A stretch of DNA of 64,000 bases from Nitrospirota bacterium (GCA_963845065.1 CAWJQQ010000009.1:448001-512000); one strand, 5' to 3'; shown: positions 1 through 10,673, numbered from the stretch's first letter. Notes: generated by a model not told the origin, from the letters alone. Translations and numbers: made by a program.

Positions 1-356
1 CTGTCCATGCCAAAAAGTCCGTCGGCCAGTACAACCGGTGCGTTGCAGGAGAGGTGGTTCAGTCCATTCTGGTTAGCAACTTCTATGTAATCGAGCCCCA
101 TGATCCTAACCGTGTCAGTGACAAAAGGCTTTGCGCCGGTTGACCGAACGGCCTCGACAACTTTCCGAATCATAACCGGCGGGACGATTCTGAACGCACC
201 GTGGGATCCCCAATGGGTCTTGATCGCGACCCATTCGTCCTCCGCGAACCGGCTGGAGAGGTCCATTTTTTCGAGAAGGGTTTTCAGCTTGCCCGGGATG
301 CTGTGGTTATAATCCCATCGGAGGGTGCGGGCTGTGGAGAAGTAGACTTTGGACAT
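1..356 (-). CDS. DUF362 domain (Fe-S associated) protein, partial (runs off window start)
   Basis: Not in ORF track. Manual translation from ATG at 356: MSKVYFSTARTLRWDYNHSIPGKLKTLLEKMDLSSRFAEDEWVAIKTHWGSHG...PFVTDT...APVVLADGLFG. The VAIKxHxG and PFxTDT motifs are typical of DUF362. Starts 1 nt after the rsmI stop. Confidence 0.75.
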   Translation of the reverse strand, partial: MSKVYFSTARTLRWDYNHSIPGKLKTLLEKMDLSSRFAEDEWVAIKTHWGSHGAFRIVPPVMIRKVVEAVRSTGAKPFVTDTVRIMGLDYIEVANQNGLNHLSCNAPVVLADGLFGMD

Positions 357-357
357 T

Positions 358-1197
358 TCATTTCCTCGCTTTATCAACTTTTAAACTTTCCTTATATACT
401 TCCCTCTTCGGCAACCTAAGTTCCTTTGCAGCAGTAGCGACAGCTTCCTTCTTGCTCAGTCCCCGATGGATAATCAAATTCTTAAGATACTCGGCAGTAT
501 CGATATCCTGCATTAGAGGTTCTGATGAAGCACCATGAACGATGATGGTGAATTCACCTTTAATCGAACGTGTTTGTAAATGCTTCAGGATCTCGGAAAG
601 CGTTCCTCGAATCGCTTCTTCATGAATCTTCGTTAATTCACGCGTGAAGACCGCCCTGCGGTCACCCAGAACCTCGAGCATGTCCTCGGTGGCTACAATG
701 ATCTTGTGCGGAGCTTCGTAGAATATCATGGTACGGTCTTCCTTGGCAAGTGCCTGAAGTCGCTTGAGCCGTGCCACGTGTTTGGCCGGGAGAAAGCCCT
801 CGAAAACGAACCTGTCGGTCGGCATGCCGGATACCGAAAGAGCTGCGACGGCTGCAGTTGCGCCGGGGATGGGGATGACAGATATTTTCTGATCTATGGC
901 GAGGTTGATCAGGAAGTAACCGGGATCAGAGATTCCGGGTGTACCTGCGTCGGAGACCAGGGCAATATTCTTTCCTTCGAGCAAACGCGCAACAAGTACT
1001 GGAGCTTTTTCTTCCTTATTGTGGTCGTGATAACTCGTGAGTTGCGTTTCGATTTGGTATCGGTCAAGTAAATGTTTCGTATGGCGGGTGTCTTCGGATG
1101 CGATAAGGTCTGAGTCTTTGAGCACGCGGATAGCCCTGAGAGTCATGTCCTCAAGATTGCCGATTGGTGTGGCGACTATGTAGAGCGTGCCAGTCAT
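358..1197 (-). CDS. rsmI: 16S rRNA (cytidine1402-2'-O)-methyltransferase
   Basis: LYIVATPIGNLEDMTLRA, EDTRHT, SDAGTPGISDPG, YEAPH, RELTKIHEE, KGEF motifs. Confidence 0.97.
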   Translation of the reverse strand: MTGTLYIVATPIGNLEDMTLRAIRVLKDSDLIASEDTRHTKHLLDRYQIETQLTSYHDHNKEEKAPVLVARLLEGKNIALVSDAGTPGISDPGYFLINLAIDQKISVIPIPGATAAVAALSVSGMPTDRFVFEGFLPAKHVARLKRLQALAKEDRTMIFYEAPHKIIVATEDMLEVLGDRRAVFTRELTKIHEEAIRGTLSEILKHLQTRSIKGEFTIIVHGASSEPLMQDIDTAEYLKNLIIHRGLSKKEAVATAAKELRLPKREVYKESLKVDKARK

Positions 1198-1299
1198 AAT
1201 AATCGGATCACGGGTTCAGCGGCGAGGAGACAAGGTGAGACCCAAGTCGCAAGGATTTTTTTGTCGTGCCCAAGCCTCTAACAAATTAACTTTGCTGTA

Positions 1300-3024
1300 T
1301 CAATAACTTTTGTATCGATTCGTAATCGGAAACCTTCTATCCTTCCCTAAGCTGCGTGGTGTGATTTTTACGCCGGGTGGGGCTTGGCGACGTTTGTACT
1401 CGCTGGAATCGACCAGTCGGATCACGCGCTCCACTGTTTTCCGTTCAAAGCCCATCTTAAGCATCTCGTCGAACTCTTTGTCATCTTCTACATAGGCCTT
1501 AAGGATCGGGTCGAGCACCGCATAGATGGGCAATGTATCACTATCCTTCTGGTTAGGACGGAGTTCAGCAGTAGGAGCCTTGACCAACACACGTTTCGGT
1601 ATGATAGCTTTTTTTGCAAGACGGTTGATGCACTTGCACACATCGTAGACCATCGTCTTCGGCACATCCTTGATCACGGCAAAGCCTCCGGCCATGTCGC
1701 CGTAGAGTGTGGCATAGCCGGTAGACATCTCGCTCTTGTTCCCCGTCGTAAGCACGAGCCAGCCAAACTTGTTCGAGAAAGCCATGAGAATGTTGCCCCT
1801 TATTCTTGCCTGGAGGTTTTCCTCGGTAACGTCCTGTTTCGTATTCGCGAACACGGCACGCAGGGTGTTCAGGTAGGCATTGAATGGCTGGTGGATGGGA
1901 ACGGAAAATAATTTTACACCAAGGTTGCGGGTGAGTTCAGTTGCGTCGTCGCAGCTTTCGTCCGAGCTGTACATGGAAGGCATGAATACCCCGTGGACAT
2001 TCTCTTTTCCAATGGCCGCGACGGCGACAGCTGCCACCAATGAAGAATCGATACCACCGGAGAGGCCTATAACCACGGACTTGAAGCCGGTTTTTTTCAC
2101 GTAATCCCGTGTACCGAGTACGAGTGCGCGGTATACCTCTTCGGGAAGAGTATAAGGCTTCACGACACGCACTGGGGCTAGGGATTTTTTCTTTGCCGCC
2201 GGCCTGTCAGAAAGAATGACGGAATCGATGAAATCCCGATGCTCATCGAGGATCAGTTCCGACGACATATCAGCGCCATGGCGTGCCGGTCCGGGCAACT
2301 TAATGTCATGGGTAATGAGATCTTCTTCAAACTGTCTGCCTGTGGCGATCAGTTTCCCCTTAGGATCCAGGATCATGCTGTGGCCGTCGAAGACAAGTTC
2401 ATCTTGGCCGCCAACGGTGTTGGTGTAGACAACGTAGACGTTGTTCTCTTTTGCGCGTGCAGCGAGCATCTGCTGGCGTTCACTGCCTTTGCCTTTGTGA
2501 TAGGGCGATGCGTTGATCGTTATGATAATTTCGGCTCCCGCGAGCGACTGAGTGCGGGCCGGGCCGTCTGCATACCAGATGTCCTCACATACGTTGACGC
2601 CGATGTTTACGCTCTTGACCGTGACGATGGGGAAACGATTGCCCGGCTTGAAATAGCGGTATTCGTCGAACACACCGTAGTTTGGCAGCAGCATCTTGTG
2701 ATAGACATGGACGAGGCTTCCATTGCTCACAACAGCCGCGGCATCGTAAATATGATTATTGTTGTTCACGAACCCGACGATGGCAGTGATGCCTAGCGTT
2801 GCCCTTGAGATCTCCTTGAGCGTATGAAGGTTGTCTTTAACGAACTGGGGTTTGAGCACGAGGTCCTCGGGTGGGTAGCCGGTAACGGCAAGCTCGGTGA
2901 ATGCGACAATGTCGGCATCTTGTTTTTTCGCGCGGTTAATATAGTCGATGATCTTGTCACGGTTGCCAGCGAGGTCGCCGACCGTAGGGTTTATCTGGGC
3001 CATGGAAATGCGGATTGTTCTCAT
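1300..3024 (-). CDS. nadE: Glutamine-dependent NAD+ synthetase
   Basis: N-terminal nitrilase domain (ELAVTGYPPED, K, VCEDIW) plus synthetase domain (GLSGGIDS, ENLQARIRG, TGNKSE, GYATLYGD, EYKRRQ). Confidence 0.97.
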   Translation of the reverse strand: MRTIRISMAQINPTVGDLAGNRDKIIDYINRAKKQDADIVAFTELAVTGYPPEDLVLKPQFVKDNLHTLKEISRATLGITAIVGFVNNNNHIYDAAAVVSNGSLVHVYHKMLLPNYGVFDEYRYFKPGNRFPIVTVKSVNIGVNVCEDIWYADGPARTQSLAGAEIIITINASPYHKGKGSERQQMLAARAKENNVYVVYTNTVGGQDELVFDGHSMILDPKGKLIATGRQFEEDLITHDIKLPGPARHGADMSSELILDEHRDFIDSVILSDRPAAKKKSLAPVRVVKPYTLPEEVYRALVLGTRDYVKKTGFKSVVIGLSGGIDSSLVAAVAVAAIGKENVHGVFMPSMYSSDESCDDATELTRNLGVKLFSVPIHQPFNAYLNTLRAVFANTKQDVTEENLQARIRGNILMAFSNKFGWLVLTTGNKSEMSTGYATLYGDMAGGFAVIKDVPKTMVYDVCKCINRLAKKAIIPKRVLVKAPTAELRPNQKDSDTLPIYAVLDPILKAYVEDDKEFDEMLKMGFERKTVERVIRLVDSSEYKRRQAPPGVKITPRSLGKDRRFPITNRYKSY

Positions 3025-3203
3025 GAAACTCCTTTTTAGAATACCCTGGATAACGAAGGTGGCATAGAGCTACTCAGTAGAGAAGAATCTTGATATAGAA
3101 TAACACAAATAACTATGAAAATATTTTACAAATCATAAACGCCTGTGTTTTTCCCAATATTATCTTGGGTGAATGTATATCTCCGTGCTCTGTGCCTACG
3201 TGG

Positions 3204-4364
3204 TCACAATTGTTTTTTTGCTTCTTCCATCACGACCTTCAACGGGATATGTTTCTCCTTCGCTATTCTAAGGCAGTCATCGTACTCAGGCGTTGCAGTG
3301 AGTATTTTTTCTCCACGCCTGCTTATTTTCATTTTTATCATGCCGTATATCGTTTCGACTTCCTTAATTTCCCGATATAACTTCTTTCTCCTGACTTCCT
3401 GGATGCGAACTCCGATGCTTGTCGTATCAGTGAATATAGTGTCAAGGACCGCGTCGATCTTTGATTTGTCTGTAAGCACCGACAACAGGATAGCAGGCCT
3501 GCCTTTTTTCATGATGATAGGCGTGAGATAGGCATCCTGCGCACCCTGGCTCATAATTTTATCAACAATATAATCATAGACTTGGGGATTCATATCGTCA
3601 ATGTTCGTCTCGATGACGATAGATGAGTCTTCATCGTAGAGCGTTGTGGGTTCTCCAATAAGGAGCCGCAGGACATTCGGCTTCCCTGCAAAGTCCCTTT
3701 CGCCTGCTCCGTAAGCTACTCGATCAACCTTCATCGAAGGCAGCAGACCGAAAGAAGTACCGAGCGTACTGATGATGGCTGCGCCGGTCGGCGTCGCGAG
3801 TTCGAACTGTGTGCTTGACTGATAGAATGGGATACCTATCAGCATTTCAGCCGTAGCTGGAGCTGGAATCGGCAGCAGACCGTGTGAGGTCTGTATCGTT
3901 CCCGAGCCTACGTTTACCGCCGATGACATGATCTCAGTGATTCCCAATAGATCCAGTCCAATGGCTGCTCCAACAATATCAACAATGCAGTCCAATGCAC
4001 CTACTTCATGAAAATGGACGTTGTCTCGGGTCGTTGCGTGGACCTTTGCTTCAACATCGGCCAACCGTGTGAATATCCGACCGCTTTTTTCCTTGATCGA
4101 AGTCGAGAGGGAGGATCTATCAATGATTGTCAGAATGTCAGTGAGATGCCTGGTTCTCTGCTCCTTGTGGTCGGTAATAACATGAACTTTGGTTGCTGCG
4201 ATGCCGCAACGGATGACCTTTTCGGCTTTGAGCTCATAACCCGGGAGATTCAGCTTAGACAGCTCTGCGCGCAAAGAATCAATGGCGATGCCCGCGTCTA
4301 CTATTGCACCGAGGGTCATGTCGCCGGAAATGCCGGAAAAACAGTCGAAGTAAGCGATAGTCAT
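3204..4364 (-). CDS. larC: Nickel pincer cofactor biosynthesis protein LarC (nickel insertase)
   Basis: YFDCFSGISGDM, VHFHEVGA, HGLLPIPAPAT, TPTGAAI, ETNIDDM, MKKGRP, PEYDDC motifs. Confidence 0.95.
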   Translation of the reverse strand: MTIAYFDCFSGISGDMTLGAIVDAGIAIDSLRAELSKLNLPGYELKAEKVIRCGIAATKVHVITDHKEQRTRHLTDILTIIDRSSLSTSIKEKSGRIFTRLADVEAKVHATTRDNVHFHEVGALDCIVDIVGAAIGLDLLGITEIMSSAVNVGSGTIQTSHGLLPIPAPATAEMLIGIPFYQSSTQFELATPTGAAIISTLGTSFGLLPSMKVDRVAYGAGERDFAGKPNVLRLLIGEPTTLYDEDSSIVIETNIDDMNPQVYDYIVDKIMSQGAQDAYLTPIIMKKGRPAILLSVLTDKSKIDAVLDTIFTDTTSIGVRIQEVRRKKLYREIKEVETIYGMIKMKISRRGEKILTATPEYDDCLRIAKEKHIPLKVVMEEAKKQL

Positions 4365-4531
4365 AGCAAGACTGGTCTATCGAAAAGCAGCAAAGGACGC
4401 AAAAATAATCTCTGCAGTGAGTAAGAGCCGGCAGCAACTGCCAATTTTATGATCCTTCTTAGAATCAATCTTTTCATTTAGCCCTTTGCTGTTTCTCTAC
4501 GGATTTTGCGCATCTGCGAGAAATCTGGATC

Positions 4532-5287
4532 TTATTTTTCACCAATTAAATTTATCCTATGCGCCAGCACGCCGGCGCCGAAGCCATTGTCGATGTTCAT
4601 GACGGCAATGCCAGATGCGCATGAGTTCAGCATCGTAAGGAGGGGAGCTAATCCTTGAAACCCGGCGCCATAGCCGACGCTCGTAGGTACGGCGATAATC
4701 GGCTTGTCTACGAGGCCGCCCACTACTGACGGGAGCGCTCCGTCCATGCCCGCAACTACAACAATCACGCGCGCGGCATCGAACTTGTCGCGCTTGCTTA
4801 AAACGCGGTGGATGCCTGCAACACCCACGTCATACACGGTCTGGACAGTGCTGCCGAGCATCTCCGCGGTAACCGCTGCTTCTTCGGCCACAGGAATGTC
4901 CGAAGTCCCGGCAGTCAAGACCAGTACGATGCCTTTTGTGGCTATCTTTTTTGAATGTTGTATAACGATGGTCCTCGACGCTTCATGGTAAGCAGCCCTG
5001 CGGTCGATTTTTTTGATCGCTTTATAGACAATTTCGTTCGCACGTGTGGCTAAGACGTCGCTCCCTGCCTTGAGCATTAGCTTCGTGATGCCCACAATCT
5101 GCACTAGTGTCTTCCCTTCGCAGTAGATGACCTCGGGCATGCCGTGGCGCAGATGACGGTGGTGGTCGATATGAGCGTAGGCCACATCTTCAAATGGCAT
5201 GTGCTTGAGACGGGTGAGCGCGTCCTCAATATCGATTTTGCCCGAGCGAACGGCCTGAAGAAGTTCGGTGAGCTGGGATATATTCAT
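4532..5287 (-). CDS. larB: Nickel pincer cofactor biosynthesis protein LarB (NaAD carboxylase/hydrolase)
   Basis: DHHRHLRHGMPEVIY, AGTSDIPVAEEA, DVGVAGIHR, VAGMDGALPS, PTSVGYG, NIDNGFGA; start chosen at ATG 5287. Confidence 0.95.
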   Translation of the reverse strand: MNISQLTELLQAVRSGKIDIEDALTRLKHMPFEDVAYAHIDHHRHLRHGMPEVIYCEGKTLVQIVGITKLMLKAGSDVLATRANEIVYKAIKKIDRRAAYHEASRTIVIQHSKKIATKGIVLVLTAGTSDIPVAEEAAVTAEMLGSTVQTVYDVGVAGIHRVLSKRDKFDAARVIVVVAGMDGALPSVVGGLVDKPIIAVPTSVGYGAGFQGLAPLLTMLNSCASGIAVMNIDNGFGAGVLAHRINLIGEK

Positions 5288-5392
5288 CACGCCCACGCCG
5301 AGGAAACCCCTGTCTTTAGACATGGGGAGAAATCGACGCCTCCTCCTCCGCTAAATTTGCATAAATACCGCGATTGTGCGATATTTATGCAT

Positions 5393-5762
5393 GTGAAATA
5401 AGTATCACAAATCAAGCTTCTTTCTGCGCAATAGCAATCAGATGCACGCACTCTACTCCACACTTCACGCCGCGAATTCCGCCTGCAACTACGTAAGCAC
5501 ACAAGCCTGGTCCATGAAGAGCTTCGAGCAATATGGCCTGCACCACCTCTGCTACAAGGGAATCCGTACCCGGTTTTGCCCGTCTGCTCAAGCAGCCGTA
5601 CGGGTGATTTCCACCGACCATATCGCCGCGGCGGTGAATATCCGACAGGCTGCCATCAGCGAGTCAATCGTAGCGCGCGATGATGCCAAAACTGGTCCGT
5701 TCCACGGAATTGCGGCGGAGCGAAGTTACAACCCCCTGGATTTATACATGGGGTAGTTGATG
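5393..5762 (+). pseudogene. tnpB: Internally deleted IS605-type tnpB relic with right-end hairpin
   Basis: Translation TLHAANSACNYVSTQAW..FEQYGLHHLCYKGIRTRF.PSAQAAVRVIS resembles a TnpB N-terminus joined directly to a C-terminus-like DHIAAAVNIRQAAISESIVA, then CCCCCTGGATTTATACATGGGGTAGTTGA (5732-5760). Stops at the 5' end. Confidence 0.7.
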
Positions 5763-5784
5763 ACGTGCCTGCACTATGGCAGTG

Positions 5785-6873
5785 TCAACTCTGCCAGCGC
5801 CGTCGCCCACGGCCGGGCCGCTCTCCGCCACATTCATTAATGGTCTGAATGGCTCGTTCCCTTTTTATCGGGAACTTCATTGACCGCATTTCATTCACAA
5901 ACCGCTTAAGATAGTGGACTGATCTCCCGCACTTGTTCAATGCCTTGAACGTCATACCGGTATAAAAAAGCATCATGGGGTTCTTTGGCCGCAGGCGTTC
6001 GACGATGTGGAATTCCTGCAATGCTTCCTGATTCCTCTTCTGGTCCTTTAGAATGATGCCCAGCTTCAGGTGCGGGCTAGGGTTAAGCGGATGCTGCTGT
6101 ATGGCAATGCGTAGTCTATTTTCGGCTCCTGAGAAATCCCCTTTTTTCTGATAAATTGAAGCGAGCATGAGCTGAGCCTGCTCGTTCTGCGGGTTGGTCT
6201 CGACAGCTTGCTGCAGGATTACGGCTGATTTGTCGAGGTCTGCCTGTTTAATCTCCTTGCCGTTTCCATCCACCTCTACTAATTGAGAGCCGATGTTGAT
6301 CCATACCGTTTTGGCGTCGTCGTTGGCTTCTTCTTTTGAAAGTACCGTGTCCAGTTGTTTCCTTGTCTCAGCCGCCTTTGCCTTGTCTTTTTCTGCGGCA
6401 AGCTGCACGACCAGCGAGTCGCGCTCCTTCTTGAGGTCATTGTTTTCTTTGGAGGATACATCTAGCTGCTCCTTCAAGTCTTCGTTTTCCCGGTAGCGGT
6501 CGATCTGGGCAGTCAGAACATCGGTGTCTATTTTGCACCTAGCCTTGATATATATTTCCGGATGATCAGTGGTCCCGCGCATCTGCTCGGACACGACCTC
6601 GGTCTCGAGTACACCTGCTGTATAAGACATTACTTCATCCTTAGTGAGCTGGTAATTTTTGACAGTGGTCAAGCTTTCGACATAGGTGCCGGCCAGTTCG
6701 AGGGCTTTTCTCTTGGCCTCTTGCGTGGCAATGCGACGCGCGTCGACCTTGCTGTCGTTGTCTCCCATGATGAATGTGCTGTCCGCTTCGATAATTTTGA
6801 CTTCAGCATACGCTCTCGAGAGCGGAAGAGCAGAGGTGAGAATAGTAATCACCAAGAGAAGATATTTTTTCAT
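5785..6873 (-). CDS. Exported tetratricopeptide-repeat protein with coiled coil
   Basis: Signal peptide (MKKYLLLVITILTSALPLSRAYA), central coiled coil, C-terminal TPR-like helices (NPQNEQAQLMLASIY, PHLKLGIILK). Confidence 0.75.
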   Translation of the reverse strand: MKKYLLLVITILTSALPLSRAYAEVKIIEADSTFIMGDNDSKVDARRIATQEAKRKALELAGTYVESLTTVKNYQLTKDEVMSYTAGVLETEVVSEQMRGTTDHPEIYIKARCKIDTDVLTAQIDRYRENEDLKEQLDVSSKENNDLKKERDSLVVQLAAEKDKAKAAETRKQLDTVLSKEEANDDAKTVWINIGSQLVEVDGNGKEIKQADLDKSAVILQQAVETNPQNEQAQLMLASIYQKKGDFSGAENRLRIAIQQHPLNPSPHLKLGIILKDQKRNQEALQEFHIVERLRPKNPMMLFYTGMTFKALNKCGRSVHYLKRFVNEMRSMKFPIKRERAIQTINECGGERPGRGRRRWQS

Positions 6874-6958
6874 GGAATACTACCTCCAAAAAAAGCATGG
6901 CGGAACGATAGCACCTGCTTTACATCATCCCGACGGAACCTTGAATTTACGGCACATT

Positions 6959-7960
6959 CTATTCAGCTTTCAGCTCCCGGGCCATAAGGTCCGCGAGAGC
7001 TTTTTTCGGATCCTTGTTTTCGTAAAGGATTTGATAGACTTCATCTACGATCGGCATTTCGATGTGATACTTTTTCGCAAGTGCCCGCGCCGCTTTGGCC
7101 GTTTTCACACCTTCGACAACGGTCTTTGAACCCTTCAAGATCTCTTCGAGCTTCTCACCCATACCGAGCCTGGCACCGAGAGAGCGATTCCGCGAGAGCC
7201 CTCCAGTACACGTGAGTACCAAGTCGCCCATGCCTGCGAGACCGGAGAAGGTGGTCACATTCCCTCCCATGGCAACGCCAAGGCGGGCCATTTCGGCGAG
7301 ACCCCTGGTGAGCAGAGCGGCCATGCTGTTGAAGCCGAAACCCATGCCTTCTAGGGCGCCAGCGGCAATCGCTACAACGTTCTTGAGCGATCCCGCGAGT
7401 TCTACGCCTATAATATCCTGGTTCGTGTACACGCGAAAATAGGTATTGCTCAATATTTCCTGGGCCATTTTGCCGATTGCAGGATCATAGGAAGCAAGCG
7501 TGATGGCAGTTGGCATCTTTTGGGCGACCTCCTTGGCAAAGCTCGGCCCGGAAAGGAAACAGAGACTGTTGTGAAATTCCGCAGGAAGCACATCCTTGAA
7601 TATTTCAGAAAGCGGCATAAGCGTCTCGATCTCGATGCCCTTTGACGCGCTGATAATGATGGCGTCCTTGGCGAGAAAAGAAACGTACTGCTTTGTTACT
7701 GCCCGCACTGTATGGGAGGGGACGACAGAAAGCAAAATTAAACTGTTCTTTACCGTGCTTTCGAGGGAAGATGTTATGGTAATGGATTCGGGTAACGTAA
7801 AGCCAGGGAGATATACCCGGTTCTCACGTGTCCTGGCTGTTTCCCCGGCAAGGTCTTTCTCGTACATCCAGAGGATAACTTTGTGGCCTTTGTCAGCGAG
7901 CAGCATTGCTAATGCCGTGCCCCAAGCTCCCGCACCGATAACTCCGATTTTTTTCGCCAT
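6959..7960 (-). CDS. gpsA: NAD(P)H-dependent glycerol-3-phosphate dehydrogenase
   Basis: GAGAWGTALA, SKGIE, SGPSFAKEV, GSLKNVVAIAAG, GMGDLVLTC, SRN. Confidence 0.97.
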   Translation of the reverse strand: MAKKIGVIGAGAWGTALAMLLADKGHKVILWMYEKDLAGETARTRENRVYLPGFTLPESITITSSLESTVKNSLILLSVVPSHTVRAVTKQYVSFLAKDAIIISASKGIEIETLMPLSEIFKDVLPAEFHNSLCFLSGPSFAKEVAQKMPTAITLASYDPAIGKMAQEILSNTYFRVYTNQDIIGVELAGSLKNVVAIAAGALEGMGFGFNSMAALLTRGLAEMARLGVAMGGNVTTFSGLAGMGDLVLTCTGGLSRNRSLGARLGMGEKLEEILKGSKTVVEGVKTAKAARALAKKYHIEMPIVDEVYQILYENKDPKKALADLMARELKAE

Positions 7961-8267
7961 ACTTGTTTATTATAAGGGTTGCGTGGTTGACTGTCAAAAG
8001 ATTTATAGCACTAGCAATAGTTACTATGGCTGGCACGTCAGAAAAAACGAAATCCCTGTTTGGATGGAATGAATTTGTTGAAGTTCAATATCATAGGTAC
8101 TTGCACATCTGCCGGATCTCCAGCACAAAACCTTCAGAATTAGGAAAATCGCCTGGATTTGGCAATGTGAATATGTCAATTTATTACCCTCGCCAGAAAA
8201 CCTTAGTTTTTTAAAATGAGGATGGGTTGCCGGAGCGAAGCGGAGGCTGGATCGCCTTTGCTTGACC

Positions 8268-8300
8268 AGAAACCGCAGGCTTTAGCTCGCGAGTAGTTCA
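8268..8300 (+). mobile_element. Solo IS200/IS605-like right-end hairpin relic
   Basis: AGAAACCGCAGGCTTTAGCTCGCGAGTAGTTCA resembles the IS200/IS605 right-end pattern AAGCCCCxGxCTTTAGxCGTGGGGTAGTTCA; its final TCA is the stop codon of the adjacent minus-strand gene. Confidence 0.5.
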
Positions 8301-9326
8301 TTGGTTCGGTTCGATGATGATCTTCATGCACCCATCAGGCTTTGCTCCAGTTATGAATGCTTCACCGATCTTATCAATGCCGAACCGATGCGTCACCATG
8401 TCGGTCACGGTGACCGTCTTATGTCGTATGAGATCGAGTGCCTGCATGTTGTCAATGGGGGCAGCGCCATAGCAGGTCTTGATCGTGATATCGTCGCGCC
8501 AGAACGGATTGAAGTCCACATCAACGGATTCTCCGGGTTTCGGTACAGCGAAGAACAAGATTGTGCCACCGCGTTCGGCGGACGCAAGCGCGGTACGGGC
8601 AGCGGACAGTGCCCCCGCCGATAGAACGACGATATCAGCAAGCCTGCCATCATTCACCTTTCTCACGACAGCGGGGACATCTTCATCGGCAGGAATTGTA
8701 TGGTTGGCGCCAAACTGCTTCGCCTTTTCAAGGCGGTAAGGGCTAACGTCTGTAGCGATGATGGTGCCGGCACCGAAAGCTCGGGCGAGTTTGATGATCA
8801 GCAGGCCGGCAACTCCACTGCCCAATACAAGAACGCTCTGCACAGGTTTCAGCCCCACGGTCCTGATTGCCCGCACCGCAGTTCCGAGCGGTTCAATAAA
8901 CGTCGCCTGTTCGAAGGTTACGGAGTCGGGAAGGACGAGCGTTCCTGTCTCGACGCTCCTTCCGGTCACTCGTAGGTGCTGCGAAAAGCCGCCGGGTTCA
9001 AAATTGTTTATACTCTGAAACGTGGTACAGGCTGTTTCGTGTCCACTGAGGCAGTAGTAGCAGGCATTACAGGGGACGTGATGGGTGACGAAAACGCGGT
9101 CTCCAGGCTTGACGTTCTTTATGAGTTTTCCAGTTTCAACAATGATCCCGGCCGGTTCGTGGCCCAGCACAAGCGGTGCTCGCTTGATTCGGTACCATTC
9201 CAGAAGATCGCTGCCGCAGAGGCCGCAGGCCATGACCTTGACGAGGATATCCCGGTCGCCCGGTTTTGGGGACAGACGTTCTTCGACACGCACATCGCTA
9301 TTTCGGTAATAAACTCCGGTTTTCAT
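8298..9326 (-). CDS. Zinc-binding alcohol/sugar-alcohol dehydrogenase (MDR family)
   Basis: CGLCGSD, GHE, structural Zn CNACYYC-x7-C, EPLG, GSGVAG; start at ATG 9326 (MKTGVYY). Confidence 0.9.
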   Translation of the reverse strand: MKTGVYYRNSDVRVEERLSPKPGDRDILVKVMACGLCGSDLLEWYRIKRAPLVLGHEPAGIIVETGKLIKNVKPGDRVFVTHHVPCNACYYCLSGHETACTTFQSINNFEPGGFSQHLRVTGRSVETGTLVLPDSVTFEQATFIEPLGTAVRAIRTVGLKPVQSVLVLGSGVAGLLIIKLARAFGAGTIIATDVSPYRLEKAKQFGANHTIPADEDVPAVVRKVNDGRLADIVVLSAGALSAARTALASAERGGTILFFAVPKPGESVDVDFNPFWRDDITIKTCYGAAPIDNMQALDLIRHKTVTVTDMVTHRFGIDKIGEAFITGAKPDGCMKIIIEPNQ

Positions 9327-9470
9327 TTGTACGGATAAATGAACATAAGTCCGCTTTGCGGACACACGGCTAAAAAAAACATAAACGAGATGCGACTGCA
9401 TACATATGAGAGCCGCTGTGCAGTCAAGAGCCATGGGCGCAGATATGATGGACTTTGTCGTTCGAATTTA

Positions 9471-10352
9471 CTATGAGGACTTGTTCTTACTGTCCAGGAA
9501 GTATTCGTATGCATCCTTCACGCTCGATCCTTCATGTACGATTTTGCGCACGGCGCCGATCATGGCAACCGGAGCGTCGGACTGGAAAATATTCCTGCCC
9601 ATGTCCACACCCGATGCGCCCTGATCGATTGCGTCCCGTGCCATCTGCAACGCCTCACGTTCGGGCAGCTTCTTTCCTCCTGCGATGACGATCGGCACCG
9701 GGCATGCGGCAGCGACTTGCTCGAATCCCGGGACATGATAGGTCTTTACAAAAGAGGCCCCCAACTCTGCAAGGATGCGTGTTGCGAGGCTAATGTAGCG
9801 GGTATCGCGAGTGAGTTCCTTACCGACCGCGGTCACGCCTAGCACGGGGATGCCGTAGCGCATGCCCATGTCCACGAGCCGTGTCATATTGTTCACGGAC
9901 TGAGTCTCAAATTCTCCACCGATAAAGACCTGTACGGCTACGGCGGACACGTTCATGCGAAGTGCATCTTCAATATCCACGGCGATTCTCTCATCGGAAA
10001 GTTCCTTCAGGATGCTCGGACCGCCGCTCGCGCGCATGACTATCGAGTTGGTAACCGACGGTTCGATTACCGACCGTAGGACGCCGCGGGTCAGCATTAA
10101 TGCGTCCGCATAGGGAATGAGCGGACGGATCGTGACATCAACGCGTTCAAGCCCGCTTGTGGGGCCTTGGAAATACCCGTGGTCGAAGGCGAGCATCACG
10201 GTCTTGCCGGACTGGGGATTGAAAATGTGAGCCAGTCTGTTCCTCATCCCCCAGTCATAACCGTTCGACCCCTTCAGGAAGAACGCATCGCTTTTTTGAG
10301 GGATTCTAGTATAGTAATTTTTTTCTTTTTTTGAAAAGTCCTGCTCTGCCAT
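9471..10352 (-). CDS. lsrF: LsrF-like class I aldolase/thiolase (DhnA family)
   Basis: [60 protein letters not shown] before ATG 10352. Confidence 0.88.
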   Translation of the reverse strand: MAEQDFSKKEKNYYTRIPQKSDAFFLKGSNGYDWGMRNRLAHIFNPQSGKTVMLAFDHGYFQGPTSGLERVDVTIRPLIPYADALMLTRGVLRSVIEPSVTNSIVMRASGGPSILKELSDERIAVDIEDALRMNVSAVAVQVFIGGEFETQSVNNMTRLVDMGMRYGIPVLGVTAVGKELTRDTRYISLATRILAELGASFVKTYHVPGFEQVAAACPVPIVIAGGKKLPEREALQMARDAIDQGASGVDMGRNIFQSDAPVAMIGAVRKIVHEGSSVKDAYEYFLDSKNKSS

Positions 10353-10673
10353 CAAATGCCTCCTCAAGAGCCATGATCATATCGGTAAACAGGGCTATAA
10401 TCTAATGCATGCATCGAAAGAAATCAAGAAAAAATAGAATGCAGGTTAACTGCTGGAAAACTATTCGGAGAGTGTTTGCTAATGGGCATGAACATTGGAT
10501 AAGACCCCCGGGATTGCCTTGGCATACTCCATAACAGTTAGAGCATGTCGTATCTCTCGTGCGGGCCTTCTAAATCCGAATAAGACAGTGTAGGGAAGAA
10601 AGGCGGACCGGATGAATGGGGAGTCATGCCCAAAAAGCAGTTGAAGGCTAATCGGCCGTTTTATCCTCTATAT

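Noticed and set aside
8120..8200. Possible IS200 tnpA N-terminal remnant (RKIAWIWQCEY)
   Set aside because: Too short and divergent to call, although it lies just upstream of the hairpin at 8268.
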